From Blepharisma stoltei ATCC 30299 (Eukaryota; Protista; Ciliophora), in the NCBI GenBank assembly GCA_965603825.1, contig CBFDEM010000035.1, forward strand, positions 1-64,000: a stretch of DNA of 64,000 nt, given 5' to 3'. The notes beneath the pieces are model-generated. The model had not been told where the DNA came from and made no database searches. It saw only the letters and a list, made by a program, of their open reading frames with translations. Shown here piece by piece: positions 49,074 to 60,547 of this stretch (position 1 is its first letter; every line of letters begins with the position of its first letter). A program made the position numbers and the translations under genes.

Positions 49074-49721
49074 GCCGTTATTGACGATGGACTTCTAATA
49101 AATTAAAAATGGAAATTTGAGGAAAAATATCTAAAGAAATTGGCGTAAAATACAAAGACTATAAATAATATTTATTTTGCGTATAAAATTTTAAGAAAAT
49201 TCTGGAATGTGCACAATATTTAAATTTTTGAGGTAAAGCTTAGCTTAATGTAAATCATATTAAAATCAGATAATTTTACAGCAGCTTCACAGTGCAGTAA
49301 GTTATATTAAAATTGTATTTTTATCATTATGCAAAGAGGAATTTCAAACAAAGAATTTTGCATTGCGGACAAATATCCATTCATTGCTTTCAGCCTTGTA
49401 TAATGAAATATGACTTCTCCAGTTATGTTCAGCAAATCTTAAAATTGATTAATTACATATATTTTCGGCATTAATAAACAGTTTTTAATATTCCCTTTTT
49501 TCATGAGCTTTATCATTCGAATTAATATCTATAACTATTAATTTTTTCTTTATTTAGCATTTAAAAATACTGTAATAGAAACTTAAGATTTAATTCCGCT
49601 TTCACTATGAAAATTCAATATAAAGCAGTTCTATACTAAATCAGCCTAAAAATTCTAATTTAAAACGGCTGGCATTTTTATAATCCATTTATAATATTTT
49701 ATTACTATAAAACCTAGGAGA

Positions 49722-50801
49722 ATGCAGAACAGAAAAGCAAAAATTTGGGATGAAAAAGTAAAAGCCACATAGGACGACGAGTTTATTAAAACTCTTGTTG
49801 AAGAATTCGGAGACAAGAACTGGATAATAATTTCACAAAAACTTGAGGAGCGTTACAACGTGAAAGGAAGGTAAGAAATATCTAGAACCGGCAAACAATG
49901 CAGAGAACGGTGGCATAACCACATAAATCCTAAAATAATTAAAGAAGCCTGGACAAAAGAAGAAGAGAAAACGCTGTTTGAGTATCAGAGAATATATGGG
50001 AATAAGTGATCTGAAATAGCAAGATACCTCCCAGGCAGATCAGATAATTCAATAAAAAACCAGTTTTACAGTACTGTTAGAAAAAACCTGAGGAGATATA
50101 ATAAAAGGAGACCACAAAGTGAAAGAATTGTAGGGAATGTTAAGCAAGTTTTGCAAAACCCTACTTATTATGCACTTTTAGCCACAAGTTCAGAAATTTC
50201 AAAAGTAAAAGCTTCAAAAAATGAGCAAATAAAACCAGAAATAAAGAAAAATGCTGAAAATTCTCCTTGCAAAGATGAAGTTTCAAATTCTTCAAAAATA
50301 CCTGAAAATGCCCAAGATGAAACCCCTAATATTTTATGCTCACTTTACGAAGAGCCAAAAGAAAAAGCTCACATTAATAATACTCACCGCTACCAAATAG
50401 AAGTTACTAAGTCTGAAGAGGTAAAAACTGAGCCATCCGCTCCTGTCTACAACTTGGCAGACATTCAAGCTGAATTTTTATATAAAAAAACAACAATAGG
50501 CATGTTTAAATTCCCTGAAGATTTTCCAATTTGCAACTGAGATAGCCCAGATCCATTTGAGGGGGTATTTCTGCGAGGGGATTCTTTAGGAGGACTTCAA
50601 GAGCCTTGCCAAGACTTACAGCATTCAGACTCTTTACAAAGTTTAAAGAGATATGACTCATCCTCAGGTTGGAAATCTGATGTAAGTATGGATTTTTTAA
50701 TGCAGCTTAGGGCATCTAGTTTAAATTCATACACACTTCCACCATTTTCTCCGATGGATTCTTTTCAACATATAAACACGAATTCAAGAAACAATAATTA
50801 A
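49722..50801 (+). CDS. Two-repeat Myb transcription factor; introns 49758-49772 and 49871-49885
   Basis: After splicing: KIWDEKDDEF...KNW...GRTGKQCRERWHNH...WTKEEE...GNKW(TGA)SEIARYLPGRSDNSIKNQFY. Confidence 0.93.
49758..49772 (+). other. 15-nt spliceosomal intron GTAAAAGCCACATAG
   Basis: Restores Myb repeat spacing and removes a TAG. Confidence 0.9.
49871..49885 (+). other. 15-nt spliceosomal intron GTAAGAAATATCTAG
   Basis: Restores the canonical GRTGKQCRERW and removes a TAA. Confidence 0.93.
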
Positions 50802-50823
50802 TATTATTTGTATTCATTTTAAC

Positions 50824-51876
50824 TTAAACATTACAAGCATATCCTCCTGCTTCATAATAAGAGCTAATAAGTATTGTGCTATTTTTTCTTATCATGCTTC
50901 TGGGATTTTTTATTAAAGTTGATAATTTTTTGTTGTCTGAATTTGGGTCAATTTCGACGATTCCTCCAGGGAGATTTTTAAAAAAGTGTATTATTTTTGG
51001 AGAAACTGCTAAATAAAGTTTGCTATTTTCTTCATCATACTTGATTTTCCCGATAATTTCTTTTGTCTTGATTTTGTTTTTTTCAATAAAATTCCCTGTG
51101 CTATCTTTTGTGAATTTTTTCAAAAAATACGAACCATCATCGTCTTTAGAAGAAAAATAATAATTGTCAAATTGGTCTTTGACGATGCCAATTACAGAAT
51201 TAAATAGTGTGAAATTCATTGGCTGGCAATCAGAATAAGAGTGCTTAAAAAATGTGCATTCGTAAAGCTGCATAACATTATTTGGCAGATGATTAGAATT
51301 GACTAAGGAAATATAATTATTTATTGAAATTGGGTATGAGTCAGCCAGATTTTCATTAATAAAATATTTTGTAATATAAAGTGTATGATCAGACTCTATT
51401 AGAAAATCATTAAAAAATCCATTTATCGAGCTGTCAAAGTATATCGAGCCATGATATTTTGCAAACTGTGAATCAATTGTAAAAATTTCAATTCTCGTCT
51501 CCATTTTATTTGCATTGTAATTCAAAACATAAAGCTGGTCAGGTTTAACTAAATATAAAGCAGAAGGATGAAAAGATACTCCTTCAGGAAAATTTTCAAG
51601 CTGAATTTCTTCTAAGTCAACGTTTTCTGATTCTAAATGTTTAATTAAAGCCAGATGTCCAGTATTTTGAGAACTTTCCTTTAAAAATAAGCTGAAATTA
51701 TCCTCAGCTACAATAATATTTTGCTGATATGATGCAAAATCAATAAAATAATCATCAGATTTAACTCGTCTGCAATTGTCAGAATTTTCTGCATCTGTTT
51801 CAATAGCTACAGATTTCGGAATGTGAAAAGTAATAATAAAAATTGAAAATAAAAGTAATGAGAGTTTGCTGGCCAT
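50824..51876 (-). CDS. Secreted paraoxonase/arylesterase-like beta-propeller, degenerate
   Basis: Signal peptide; FPEGVSFHPSAL, LYVLNY, RIEIF, FNDF, LYIT occur in PON order. Confidence 0.6.
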   Translation of the reverse strand: MASKLSLLLFSIFIITFHIPKSVAIETDAENSDNCRRVKSDDYFIDFASYQQNIIVAEDNFSLFLKESSQNTGHLALIKHLESENVDLEEIQLENFPEGVSFHPSALYLVKPDQLYVLNYNANKMETRIEIFTIDSQFAKYHGSIYFDSSINGFFNDFLIESDHTLYITKYFINENLADSYPISINNYISLVNSNHLPNNVMQLYECTFFKHSYSDCQPMNFTLFNSVIGIVKDQFDNYYFSSKDDDGSYFLKKFTKDSTGNFIEKNKIKTKEIIGKIKYDEENSKLYLAVSPKIIHFFKNLPGGIVEIDPNSDNKKLSTLIKNPRSMIRKNSTILISSYYEAGGYACNV

Positions 51877-52027
51877 TTTTATTAAGGAGTTTAATGGATA
51901 TCCTATTATTTAGCAATTAATTAATGATAAATTTGCTTATCATAATTATTAGAACAATAATTTATTAATAAAACTAATGTCTTTTATCTAAATTAATCGA
52001 TTTTGTTTAGTTATTTAAGATTTTGTT

Positions 52028-53134
52028 TTAATTCGCTTTTCTGACTGTCAGCACATTAATTCCCAAGCACTCTGCAATTTCGCAAGAAATCGAGTACAAG
52101 TAAAAGAATAAATACAACGTCATCGCCCCACAAAGCCCAGCCGCAATCCAAAAGTTTACAATTTCATAATAATAGCTTGCAATCGCAAACAAAAAGAAAA
52201 GTGTAGTATCAAGCCTGAAAATCTTAAATTCCACGTTGCAAGTGACCGAAATAATCAATCTGCAGTTTAATAGTCCTCCCAAAGCGCATCCAGCAATTAA
52301 AAATAAAAGTGCATAATGCTTATAAGCTTCACTGAAGTAAAAAATGTAAATTCCCAAATAAACCTGCATTGGAGGAATCAGTAATAAAAATGATTTTAAT
52401 GTATTGGTTTTGTAGTAGACTGAAGAAGTAAAGCTTGGTAATCCAATGATAAGGAATCTATATGAAATTTACAATATGATCAAAACACTCACATAAAGGG
52501 TATTCAAAGGAATTGCTGAAAATATTTTATTATCCCAAAATTCAGTCCCAGAAAAATAGCTAACCAGCATTATTCCTATTGATAAAAAGTTAAACTCGTC
52601 AGCTCCCAAGCCTCCTACCTGGAGTTTCATTATTCCGCAGTAATACTCTTCCCAAAAAGTAAAAAAGCAAGGCAATTGCATAAAAACCAAAAGGGTTGGA
52701 ATCATTATTGAATCGTGAAAATTCAAAGCTTGGACTAACAATAAGCCAATCGAAAGGGCATTAACGCTGGCATCTAATCCGTGATCCAACAACTGGCCAA
52801 GTGGTGAACTGACCCCAAGTCTTCTTGCTTGTTTTCCGTCAAGGTTATCTAATAAGCTGTAAATAAAAATCCCGATAGCTCCAATCAGCATTGTATCCGG
52901 AGGCACAGTTGCACTAAACAGCAAATCATTATGCCCAATAGCATAGAAACATGCGAACATAATGGAAACTGTGGACAAAATTGTTATAAGGTTAGGTGCA
53001 AGCCAATCTGGCAGAAAGTTTGAGCAAGGAGTCCATAATGCTCTATTGAGAAAGTTCATAAAAGTTGAGTACTCAGAACTGCAGTATTTGTGCTTGCTCA
53101 GATTTTCGACTGCTTCTGTAGTTAGATAGCCCAT
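52028..53134 (-). CDS. Choline/ethanolamine phosphotransferase (CDP-alcohol phosphotransferase); intron 52458-52472
   Basis: WLAPNLIT and the signature DNLDGKQARRLGVSSPLGQLLDHGLD; intron GTAAATTTCATATAG; C-terminal EIAECLGINVL. Confidence 0.92.
52458..52472 (-). other. 15-nt spliceosomal intron GTAAATTTCATATAG
   Basis: Removes a TAA and joins the two halves of the phosphotransferase. Confidence 0.88.
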
Positions 53135-53446
53135 CACTTATTATTGATTATAAAGGTTCTGACCCATTAATTTTAGTAATACAATATGATGTCATTATAT
53201 TGAGGTTTAGGCAGGATTTTTTTTAATCCAAGGACATTTATGTTGATAAACAGCTAATTTTATATAAGTAAAGTCCTTTGTTCAGCTTTAGGCAATATAT
53301 ATTTATAGTGCATTGAATTGCTTATATTAAAAACCAGTCTTGCTAAAAATAATTATAAATCCTAAAAATGTTATCTACAAGCCATAAATTTATAACCCAC
53401 ACTTTTTACAATATCATTATAAAATCTTCTAATTTTAAATTAAAAA

Positions 53447-54835
53447 ATGCCTCGAGAACTCATCACCGTACAGGTCGGACAATGTGGCAACCAAATGGCA
53501 TGGCGATTTTGAGACCTTGCCCTCCGAGAGCACGCCCAATACAACAAATCTGGAATTTTCGATGAGCCTATGTCAAGCTTCTTCCGAAATGTGGATCCCC
53601 AATACGCAAATCCTCAAAATATCCCTGTAGGCCAGCCTATAAATACCTTGAAAGCCAGATCTGTTGTAATTGATATGGAAGAAGGTGTTTTAAACCAACT
53701 TCTTCGCAGTGACCTTGGAGAGCTATTTGATAGTCGCCAATTTATAATGGATGTCTCTGGAGCAGGGAACAATTGGGCTCATGGGTTTTACGAATATGGC
53801 TCAAAATACGAAAATATTATCATTGACCAAGTAAGAAGGGTTGCAGAACAATGTGACAGCTTACAGAGCTTTTTTTTGATGCATAGTATGGGTGGAGGAA
53901 CTGGAAGTGGAGTTGGGACAAGGACTTTGGGGATTTTAGCTGATAATTTTCCTGAAATTTTTAGATTTTCGACTGTGGTTTACCCTGAAAATGATGTGGT
54001 GACTGGGCCTTATAATGCAGTTTTAGCTATGAATGAGCTGACAGAGCATGCCGACTGTGTGCTGCCAATTGATAATCAAGCATTAATGGACATTTTATAT
54101 AACATTGAGAATTCTAAAAGGAAAGAAAAAGGAGTAAAAACAGAAATTACAGATTTAGGAGAATCAAAAGTACAGTCTTTTACAAAAATGAATAATATTA
54201 TTGCACATATGCTGAATAATTTGACGTGCTCAATGAGATTTGAAGGAATGTTAAATGTCGATCTTAATGAAATTACTATGAATTTGGTTCCTTTTCCAAA
54301 AATGCAGTATTTAATATCAAGCATTTCGCCGTTGTACTCTATTTTAGATGTAAAAATGGAGCCAAGGAGGCTTGATCAAATTTTTTCTGATGTAATTGAT
54401 AGGGATTTTCAGTTATTAAAAGTCGACCCAAGACATTCAACTTATTTAGCTTGTGGACTGATCCTAAGAGGAGACGCCAAAATAGCAGACATTCATAGAA
54501 ATGTAAACAGGATTAAGCCTGATATGAGAATGATTAACTGGAATCAAGAAGGCTTTAAAATTGGCCTCTGCAATGAGCCTCCTGTAGGAATGCCTTACTC
54601 TTTACTATGCTTATCCAATAATTCTGCCATAAAAAATCAATTCGGAGCATTAAAGCAGAAATTTTTAAAGCTATATAAAAGGAAAGCTAATGTTCACCAT
54701 TATACAAATTTTATGGAAGCAGCGCATTTTGATGAAGCCTTAAGGAGTTTAGATGACTTAATAGGCCGCTATGAAGAAATTGACATTCCTAAAGAAGAAG
54801 CCCCGATTAACAGAATAAGACCTCTTGTAGCTTAA
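53447..54835 (+). CDS. TUBE1: Epsilon-tubulin
   Basis: MPRELITVQVGQCGNQ..RFW(TGA)DLALREHA, LKARSVVIDMEEGV, SGAGNNWA, GGGTGSG. Confidence 0.95.
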
Positions 54836-54845
54836 TAAAGATTAA

Positions 54846-56555
54846 TTAAAGAGTTTTAAAGAGAGACTCACTGTGTTTTTCCCTCAATAAAGCTTCAGCG
54901 TGGCCTGCATTTTTTTGAAGCCTTCTTACGGTGTCTACGTCTAAAGGTTTTAATGGGAAGCTTCGTTTGTCTCTTTCTGAGTAAGTTCTTAACACAAAAT
55001 AATATTTTGCGTATTCGCTATTTTTTATACCGACATTGTAGTCAATTAAGCTTAAAAACGTCATTTCCATTGCATTTAGCTCTTTTAGGGTTATTATGCT
55101 AAATACTTGGGCAAAATGGACATTTTCATAGGACTCGTCATCCCAAATTTTGCTTGCTAAAATCAAGCAAAATAATAATAATTTTTTCCAATTCATTTCA
55201 GTAATATAAATCCCAGTCTTTTCAATTAATCTTTCCATATATATCAAGCATATAATTGAGCACTCTTTTTCCATCTTGCTCCTCACAATCACATTTCTCG
55301 ATAAATTATAAATTTCATTTTCTTCTGGCTCTACCCCAGGATATGCATTATGGTCATCAAAATTTTCTTTAAAAATCTCTTGGATACTCTTAGGAACGGC
55401 TACTTCGCCTGCATCTTTAAATGGGGAGTTTTCATTACTTTCTTCAGCAATTTCTTGTAAATCTGAATATCTCACTACTGAATCCTGGCTGTAATCTAAT
55501 GATGATCCTATAGAAGAGCTGAAATTTGAAGAAACTATAGAGTTTTTTGACCTTAAAGATTCAGGCATATTGCTGCTATCTTCAAAAAAATCAGGCAAAG
55601 ACGCTAATGATATTTTTAAACTAGGTTCCTGTACACGATTTTTTTCGACCTCCATACCATGCTTTACCAGTTTTACCACCGCTTTACTAAGCGATCTGCA
55701 CATTTCTTCTATATCTATATGATGAAGAGTGGACCTAATCTTCGCCGAGTCATATGAAACCCCCACTTCATCATTTCTTTTTTCGATTTCTGGAAGTGGC
55801 TCAAATGGATCAAAGGATTTTACTGCTGCTTTTGGGCTCTCTTTTTGCTTTTTTTCTAATTCTAACTTTAATTCTTCAATTCTAGACAGAGCCATCTCCA
55901 ACTCCTTTTGAATCCTTATTTTTTCTTCATCAGTCGAGCTTGGCTCAGTTGTGTCACTTCCAATTGATTTCTCTCGGCTAACCATATTTAATGCGTCGTC
56001 TCTATAAAGTTCTGAGCCACTCTGTATGTCAAGATTTTTGAATTTTTCTAGAATATGGTTATATCGAGATGCGTCCTCAGGGACTGAATGCTTAGGAGAT
56101 ACCTTTGGGTGGGCCCCAGAAGACGGTCTCCTTGTTCTTTCCTTGCTTTGTGAGCTTAAAGAGTTGCTTCTCCTTGTATTTTGTTCTGGCCGTGGCTGGA
56201 ACTGCCTTAATAATTCAAATAAACTTTCAAATTTAGATTTGTGTCCTGGCATTATATGTAGGTGATTATACAAGTTTTCTTTTCCTTCTGGCTTTAAATT
56301 GGCTAATGCTGAAATATTGTGCTCGTAGCCCATTTCACAGAGTTTTTTAAAGTACTGCTGAAGATGGAAACTTTTAAGGATGCTATTTAATGAAGAATCA
56401 AGCTCGCTTTCTTCTTGGGATGAAGATGAATTCAGATGAGGGTCATTAGTTATAGCAGAATTTGGGTACCGGATGGTAGGTCTTGCGGTTTTGACTTTAT
56501 TGTTGTGGATCTTTTTTTGTAAGTCAATCTCCCATTTTTGCATATTGTTTTTCAT
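54846..56555 (-). CDS. Cyclin-Y-like protein with an N-terminal SAM-like domain
   Basis: C-terminal ECSIICLIYMERL, ILASKIWDD, YAKYYFVLR; N-terminal LQQYFKKLCEMGY...IMPGHKSKF. Confidence 0.8.
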   Translation of the reverse strand: MKNNMQKWEIDLQKKIHNNKVKTARPTIRYPNSAITNDPHLNSSSSQEESELDSSLNSILKSFHLQQYFKKLCEMGYEHNISALANLKPEGKENLYNHLHIMPGHKSKFESLFELLRQFQPRPEQNTRRSNSLSSQSKERTRRPSSGAHPKVSPKHSVPEDASRYNHILEKFKNLDIQSGSELYRDDALNMVSREKSIGSDTTEPSSTDEEKIRIQKELEMALSRIEELKLELEKKQKESPKAAVKSFDPFEPLPEIEKRNDEVGVSYDSAKIRSTLHHIDIEEMCRSLSKAVVKLVKHGMEVEKNRVQEPSLKISLASLPDFFEDSSNMPESLRSKNSIVSSNFSSSIGSSLDYSQDSVVRYSDLQEIAEESNENSPFKDAGEVAVPKSIQEIFKENFDDHNAYPGVEPEENEIYNLSRNVIVRSKMEKECSIICLIYMERLIEKTGIYITEMNWKKLLLFCLILASKIWDDESYENVHFAQVFSIITLKELNAMEMTFLSLIDYNVGIKNSEYAKYYFVLRTYSERDKRSFPLKPLDVDTVRRLQKNAGHAEALLREKHSESLFKTL

Positions 56556-57075
56556 TATTATCAGTTTCCTGAAAGAGTTGGGTTGATATATAGTGAATTA
56601 TATAAAAATTATACTTTTTATATTAATTATAGAGGATTGGGTAGCTAAAGTAATAAGCAAAATAAAGTATTTTTGCCCAGCAAGCTCTCTTACTTTATGT
56701 GTGAGGATACTTTTAACATATTAAACTATTCGCACATGACTGATCTGAAATCGGTTAAAAAGCACACGCTAAAATTGAATTTTTTTAGGATTTTAGCGCT
56801 GAAAACCCAGCATTTTCTCTTTTTAAGCCCATAAATACGAGCAATTAAAATCTAGATCATAATCATAACCTCCCATAGCTAGCATAAACAGCCTAAATTG
56901 GATTTTCATTGAAATAACCACTCGCACATAACTTATCCGATATAGGCCAAAGATAATACATCGAGTTTGCAGATTTGAAATTTGTGAAGACGATATTCTC
57001 AATTTAAATGCTAGCAATAAAATTTAGAATAATTGTATATTTTTATCATTAAAATTTTTCACAATTAATCTAATT

Positions 57076-58101
57076 ATGCAGCAAAATAAAGTATGCAATT
57101 GAAGACAGCAGAATAAAAAGTCTATTTTTATTTCTCCTTTTAAACCTTATAGGTTTCAAACTCCATCTCCTGTAAATCAACATAACCGTTTAAAATCTTT
57201 GCCATCAATTACTAAAACCTACAGAAGCTCACACAGAACTCCATCCCCTATGATAAAATCCAATATTTTAGCTTCCCCAAACGATCAAGAAGATAGTAAG
57301 TCAAAATCCTTTGAAAAATCTCCAACAATTAAAGAATTTTCAGTTTCAACGAATATAAATGACTACCGACTGGTAGCGCCTAGGGGTATTCTGATTTCTT
57401 ATAAGAAAGAAGCATATAATATAGTTAAACTGCCAAATTATGAAAATAAAGAAGCTGTAAGTTCTTTTAGGAGGGTAATAAGAGCTATGGCAAAGCCAAA
57501 AAAAAGGTATTTTGAGTGCCTGAAATTAAGCGTCAGGCATTTTAAAGCGCTAAAGCTTACTAATAAAGAAATGCCACTTCTGCCAAAACTCATAGGAAAT
57601 GAGCCTTTTGGCAGAAAAAATTCAATAGAGTTTATGAAGGAATGCAAAGAAGGAAACTTAAACGCAGTTTTAGTCCATTTGCATAACGACAAATGACTTG
57701 CGCATGTTTTTGATGCCATGAAAATGACTGCTTTGCATTGAGCAGCTATTAGAGACCACTCTTTTATAATAGAAGCCTTGATGTCACACAATGCATTTGT
57801 GGATGTCTTAGACATGGTATTATTTAAATAGACACATAGAACTCCTTTATATTTAGCTAGCCGTATGGGGAGTTATAACGCTGTTAAAAAGCTATTAAGC
57901 CATAGGGCCGATCCTTTTATAAAAAGTAATTCTAAAAAGCTGCCTGCTGATGTTGCTAAAAATCAGTCAATTTCTATACTTATTTCTAAAGCAATGCTCT
58001 TTCATGTAGAATTGAAAAAAATCCCAAGAAAACTTCAAGAGCTGGAATGGGCAAGATGGGGCAATTCATTTTTCAAAGAAGATCTCTCTATTAAACATTA
58101 A
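57076..58101 (+). CDS. Ankyrin-repeat protein; intron 57817-57831
   Basis: TALHW(TGA)AA, RTPLYLA, ADP...LPADVA. The intron GTATTATTTAAATAG removes a TAG. Confidence 0.85.
57817..57831 (+). other. 15-nt spliceosomal intron GTATTATTTAAATAG
   Basis: Restores ankyrin spacing (D...RTPL) and removes a TAG. Confidence 0.88.
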
Positions 58102-58131
58102 CTTTATATTATCAAATTAGTTACTATTTAA

Positions 58132-59034
58132 CTAATTTTTCAGTATTTTATGGAACTCCTCAAATGTGATAAAATCTTCATTTTTCTTGAAAATTTCTTG
58201 TTTTTTCTTAAAAGTCCACTCTACAAATTTCGTTGTATCTTCGTGGTTTTTCTTTTTACTTTTTAATGCCATATTCATGACTATTTTTAAATCATTTCTC
58301 CCCAGGCTATTTCCATACCCGAATTCTACAACACAATAAAAAACTGCATATTTCTTACACAAAAGTTTCTGTAAATTAATCATTTTCTTTAATTCTTGGT
58401 CTGGAGGCTTATAAAAGAACGAGGTTTTATCAAACACTGTATATTGGACTCTTTCCATAGCTTGCCCAAACGACTTTAAGTCCATCCATTGTACTTGTTT
58501 CTCAGGCATGATTATTTGGTTTAAAAAAAAGCTTGTGGTGATACAGCAATCCAAGAAAAATTGGATGATATTGGCGATATGTATGTAAAGCTCGTTTTTA
58601 TGGACTCTAGCTCCACCTTTAGGCTTGTGCTCAAAGAAAAGGACAATGAAATTGTGCCGAATTATTTCAAACTCTTCTGCGGAATCTAGATGAAAATTAC
58701 AAATTTTAGTATTGGAATATCACTTTTTGTTCTCTGGAAAAGCAATGCTGGCTGTGAGTGAAACCTCTGAAGATGCTGTAGAAAAAGTATGCCCAAGGGT
58801 AAAAGAGTCAAATTCCGAGTTAAAATCAGTTGAGGTTGCAAAGTTTGGGTAGTGGAAAGAAAGATTACTTGGATCTTGAAGCGGTTTAATGCCAAAATGA
58901 CTAGTTCTTCTTGATCGGTTAATGTATTTGTAGCAAGAATATCTATCAATTAAGGACTCAAGAATTGTAATTTTTAAGGTATCGTCTCGGGGATCCTCGC
59001 TAATCATATGTAGTCATTCACTTATTTGATCCAT
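58132..59034 (-). CDS. Hypothetical protein; possible stopless intron 58686-58700
   Basis: ATG 59034 is in frame through two TGA codons to TAG 58132; C-terminal EF-hand-like ITFEEF. Confidence 0.65.
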
Positions 59035-59198
59035 ATTTCCTCAACTTTTATCATGATATACAGATTTTATTTCAATAAGTAAGAGAAAATTAAGCAAAAT
59101 CTATAAATTATTAAGAAACACGCCTAAAATCATCATTTTCGCCTAAATTTCCCACAAAACTCATCCCATTTATATCAATCATTAAACTATCTCCTAAA

Positions 59199-59627
59199 TT
59201 AAGCAACTTTTTTAGCTGAAGGCGCTTTAAGTTCCGTTTCTGCTCTATCAGCCCCATACAGCTGTCTTGCAGCCCTCTGCATGATTGAGTCTTTTTCCGG
59301 ATCATAAGGACAATCTTTGCTTGGAATTTCCAAAATTGCAGGCAACATATCGTCATGTGAGCTAATTAAGTGCTTTATTTCTCTATCAGCGATTTTCTGG
59401 GTGACCAGGATAATTGCAATATCTTGCCTTGACAAAAACCTTTGAAAAGCTTCTTCAATTGCTGATTGTGGGGTTGCGTCGTCTACTATAAAGAAATTTG
59501 TCTCGCCCCTGTGGTTCCTTTCGCCAATCCCAGTCAATAAGAAGCCAGTAACAGTGTCTTCGTCACCGATGACGGCGATTAGGTTCTTGTTTTCTGACTG
59601 TTTAAGAATCTTAGCTCTTGTTGCCAT
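59199..59627 (-). CDS. ATP6V1F: V-type ATPase subunit F
   Basis: LIAVIGDEDTVTGFLLTGIG, DIAIILV, PAILEIPSKDCPYDPEKDSI. Confidence 0.96.
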   Translation of the reverse strand: MATRAKILKQSENKNLIAVIGDEDTVTGFLLTGIGERNHRGETNFFIVDDATPQSAIEEAFQRFLSRQDIAIILVTQKIADREIKHLISSHDDMLPAILEIPSKDCPYDPEKDSIMQRAARQLYGADRAETELKAPSAKKVA

Positions 59628-59735
59628 TTTAGCCAATGTTTTATAAGAGGCTTAGAGATAGGCGGAATAGATCATTATAAAATTCATTAAAAAGCTTAAG
59701 GCTTATAGAATAAGTTTATTTGTAAAAAGAAATTT

Positions 59736-60515
59736 ATGATAATAATGAAAAAAAGAGACACGAATAAACTAGGATCCATCACAGCTCGCATGGCAATTTT
59801 AGACTCAAAGCCTACAACACCGCTAACGGCAAGAAACTTGCCGCTGGCAATTTCGGATACTCCAAAGCGTGTTAACTTGTATAAAAGCAATATTTTTATT
59901 CCTTTTGTCCATGAAAGAGGAAGTACTGGGAAACTGCTTTCAAGCCGCTTTTTAGTTCCTGAAAATACCCCACGGACCAATTTGGAGCCAGGGTCTCTTC
60001 CTAAAACTCCTAAAAAGGCTCCTTTTTTGTCCTCATCTTTAAAAACACTTCCAAGGACCAAAGCAAAATGAAAAATTCCTGAGGTCGGGTATTATAACCC
60101 TAAGCCTGCATATGAAATGGGCCATACAAAAAGCATGCAATTTCTCTCAACACCAACTTATAGGACAAAAATTTCAAAAAGAAATGTTTTGTCTACAGAT
60201 TTAATGGACATGGACGAAATACATCAGCGTTTCTTTAAACATATAAAAGCGCCGAGCCTTGATAAGCAGCTGTCTAGAGAAAGGCAAGAAGAGAATAATG
60301 AATTAGACGAGTTTTTGAAGTGGCCGCCTTTAGAACTGCCAGAGCATCTCAAAAGATTTAAAGGAATGTACCATCTCGGGGAATTTGCGAAAAATGAAAT
60401 ATATGAGATGCCGAAAAATTTTATGGATGTGGCTAAGGAAATTAATGAAAATATTAATTTGCATATGAAAGAGCTAAAAGAAATCCAAAAACAAATGAAA
60501 AGGAAAGACTTGTAA
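59736..60515 (+). CDS. Hypothetical protein with one SHIPPO/PG-repeat-like motif (PEVGYYNP)
   Basis: Two track ORFs joined by TGA 60069. The start may be 59745. Confidence 0.65.
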
Positions 60516-60547
60516 TATATATAATTTTTTTTAAATTTAAGAAATCT

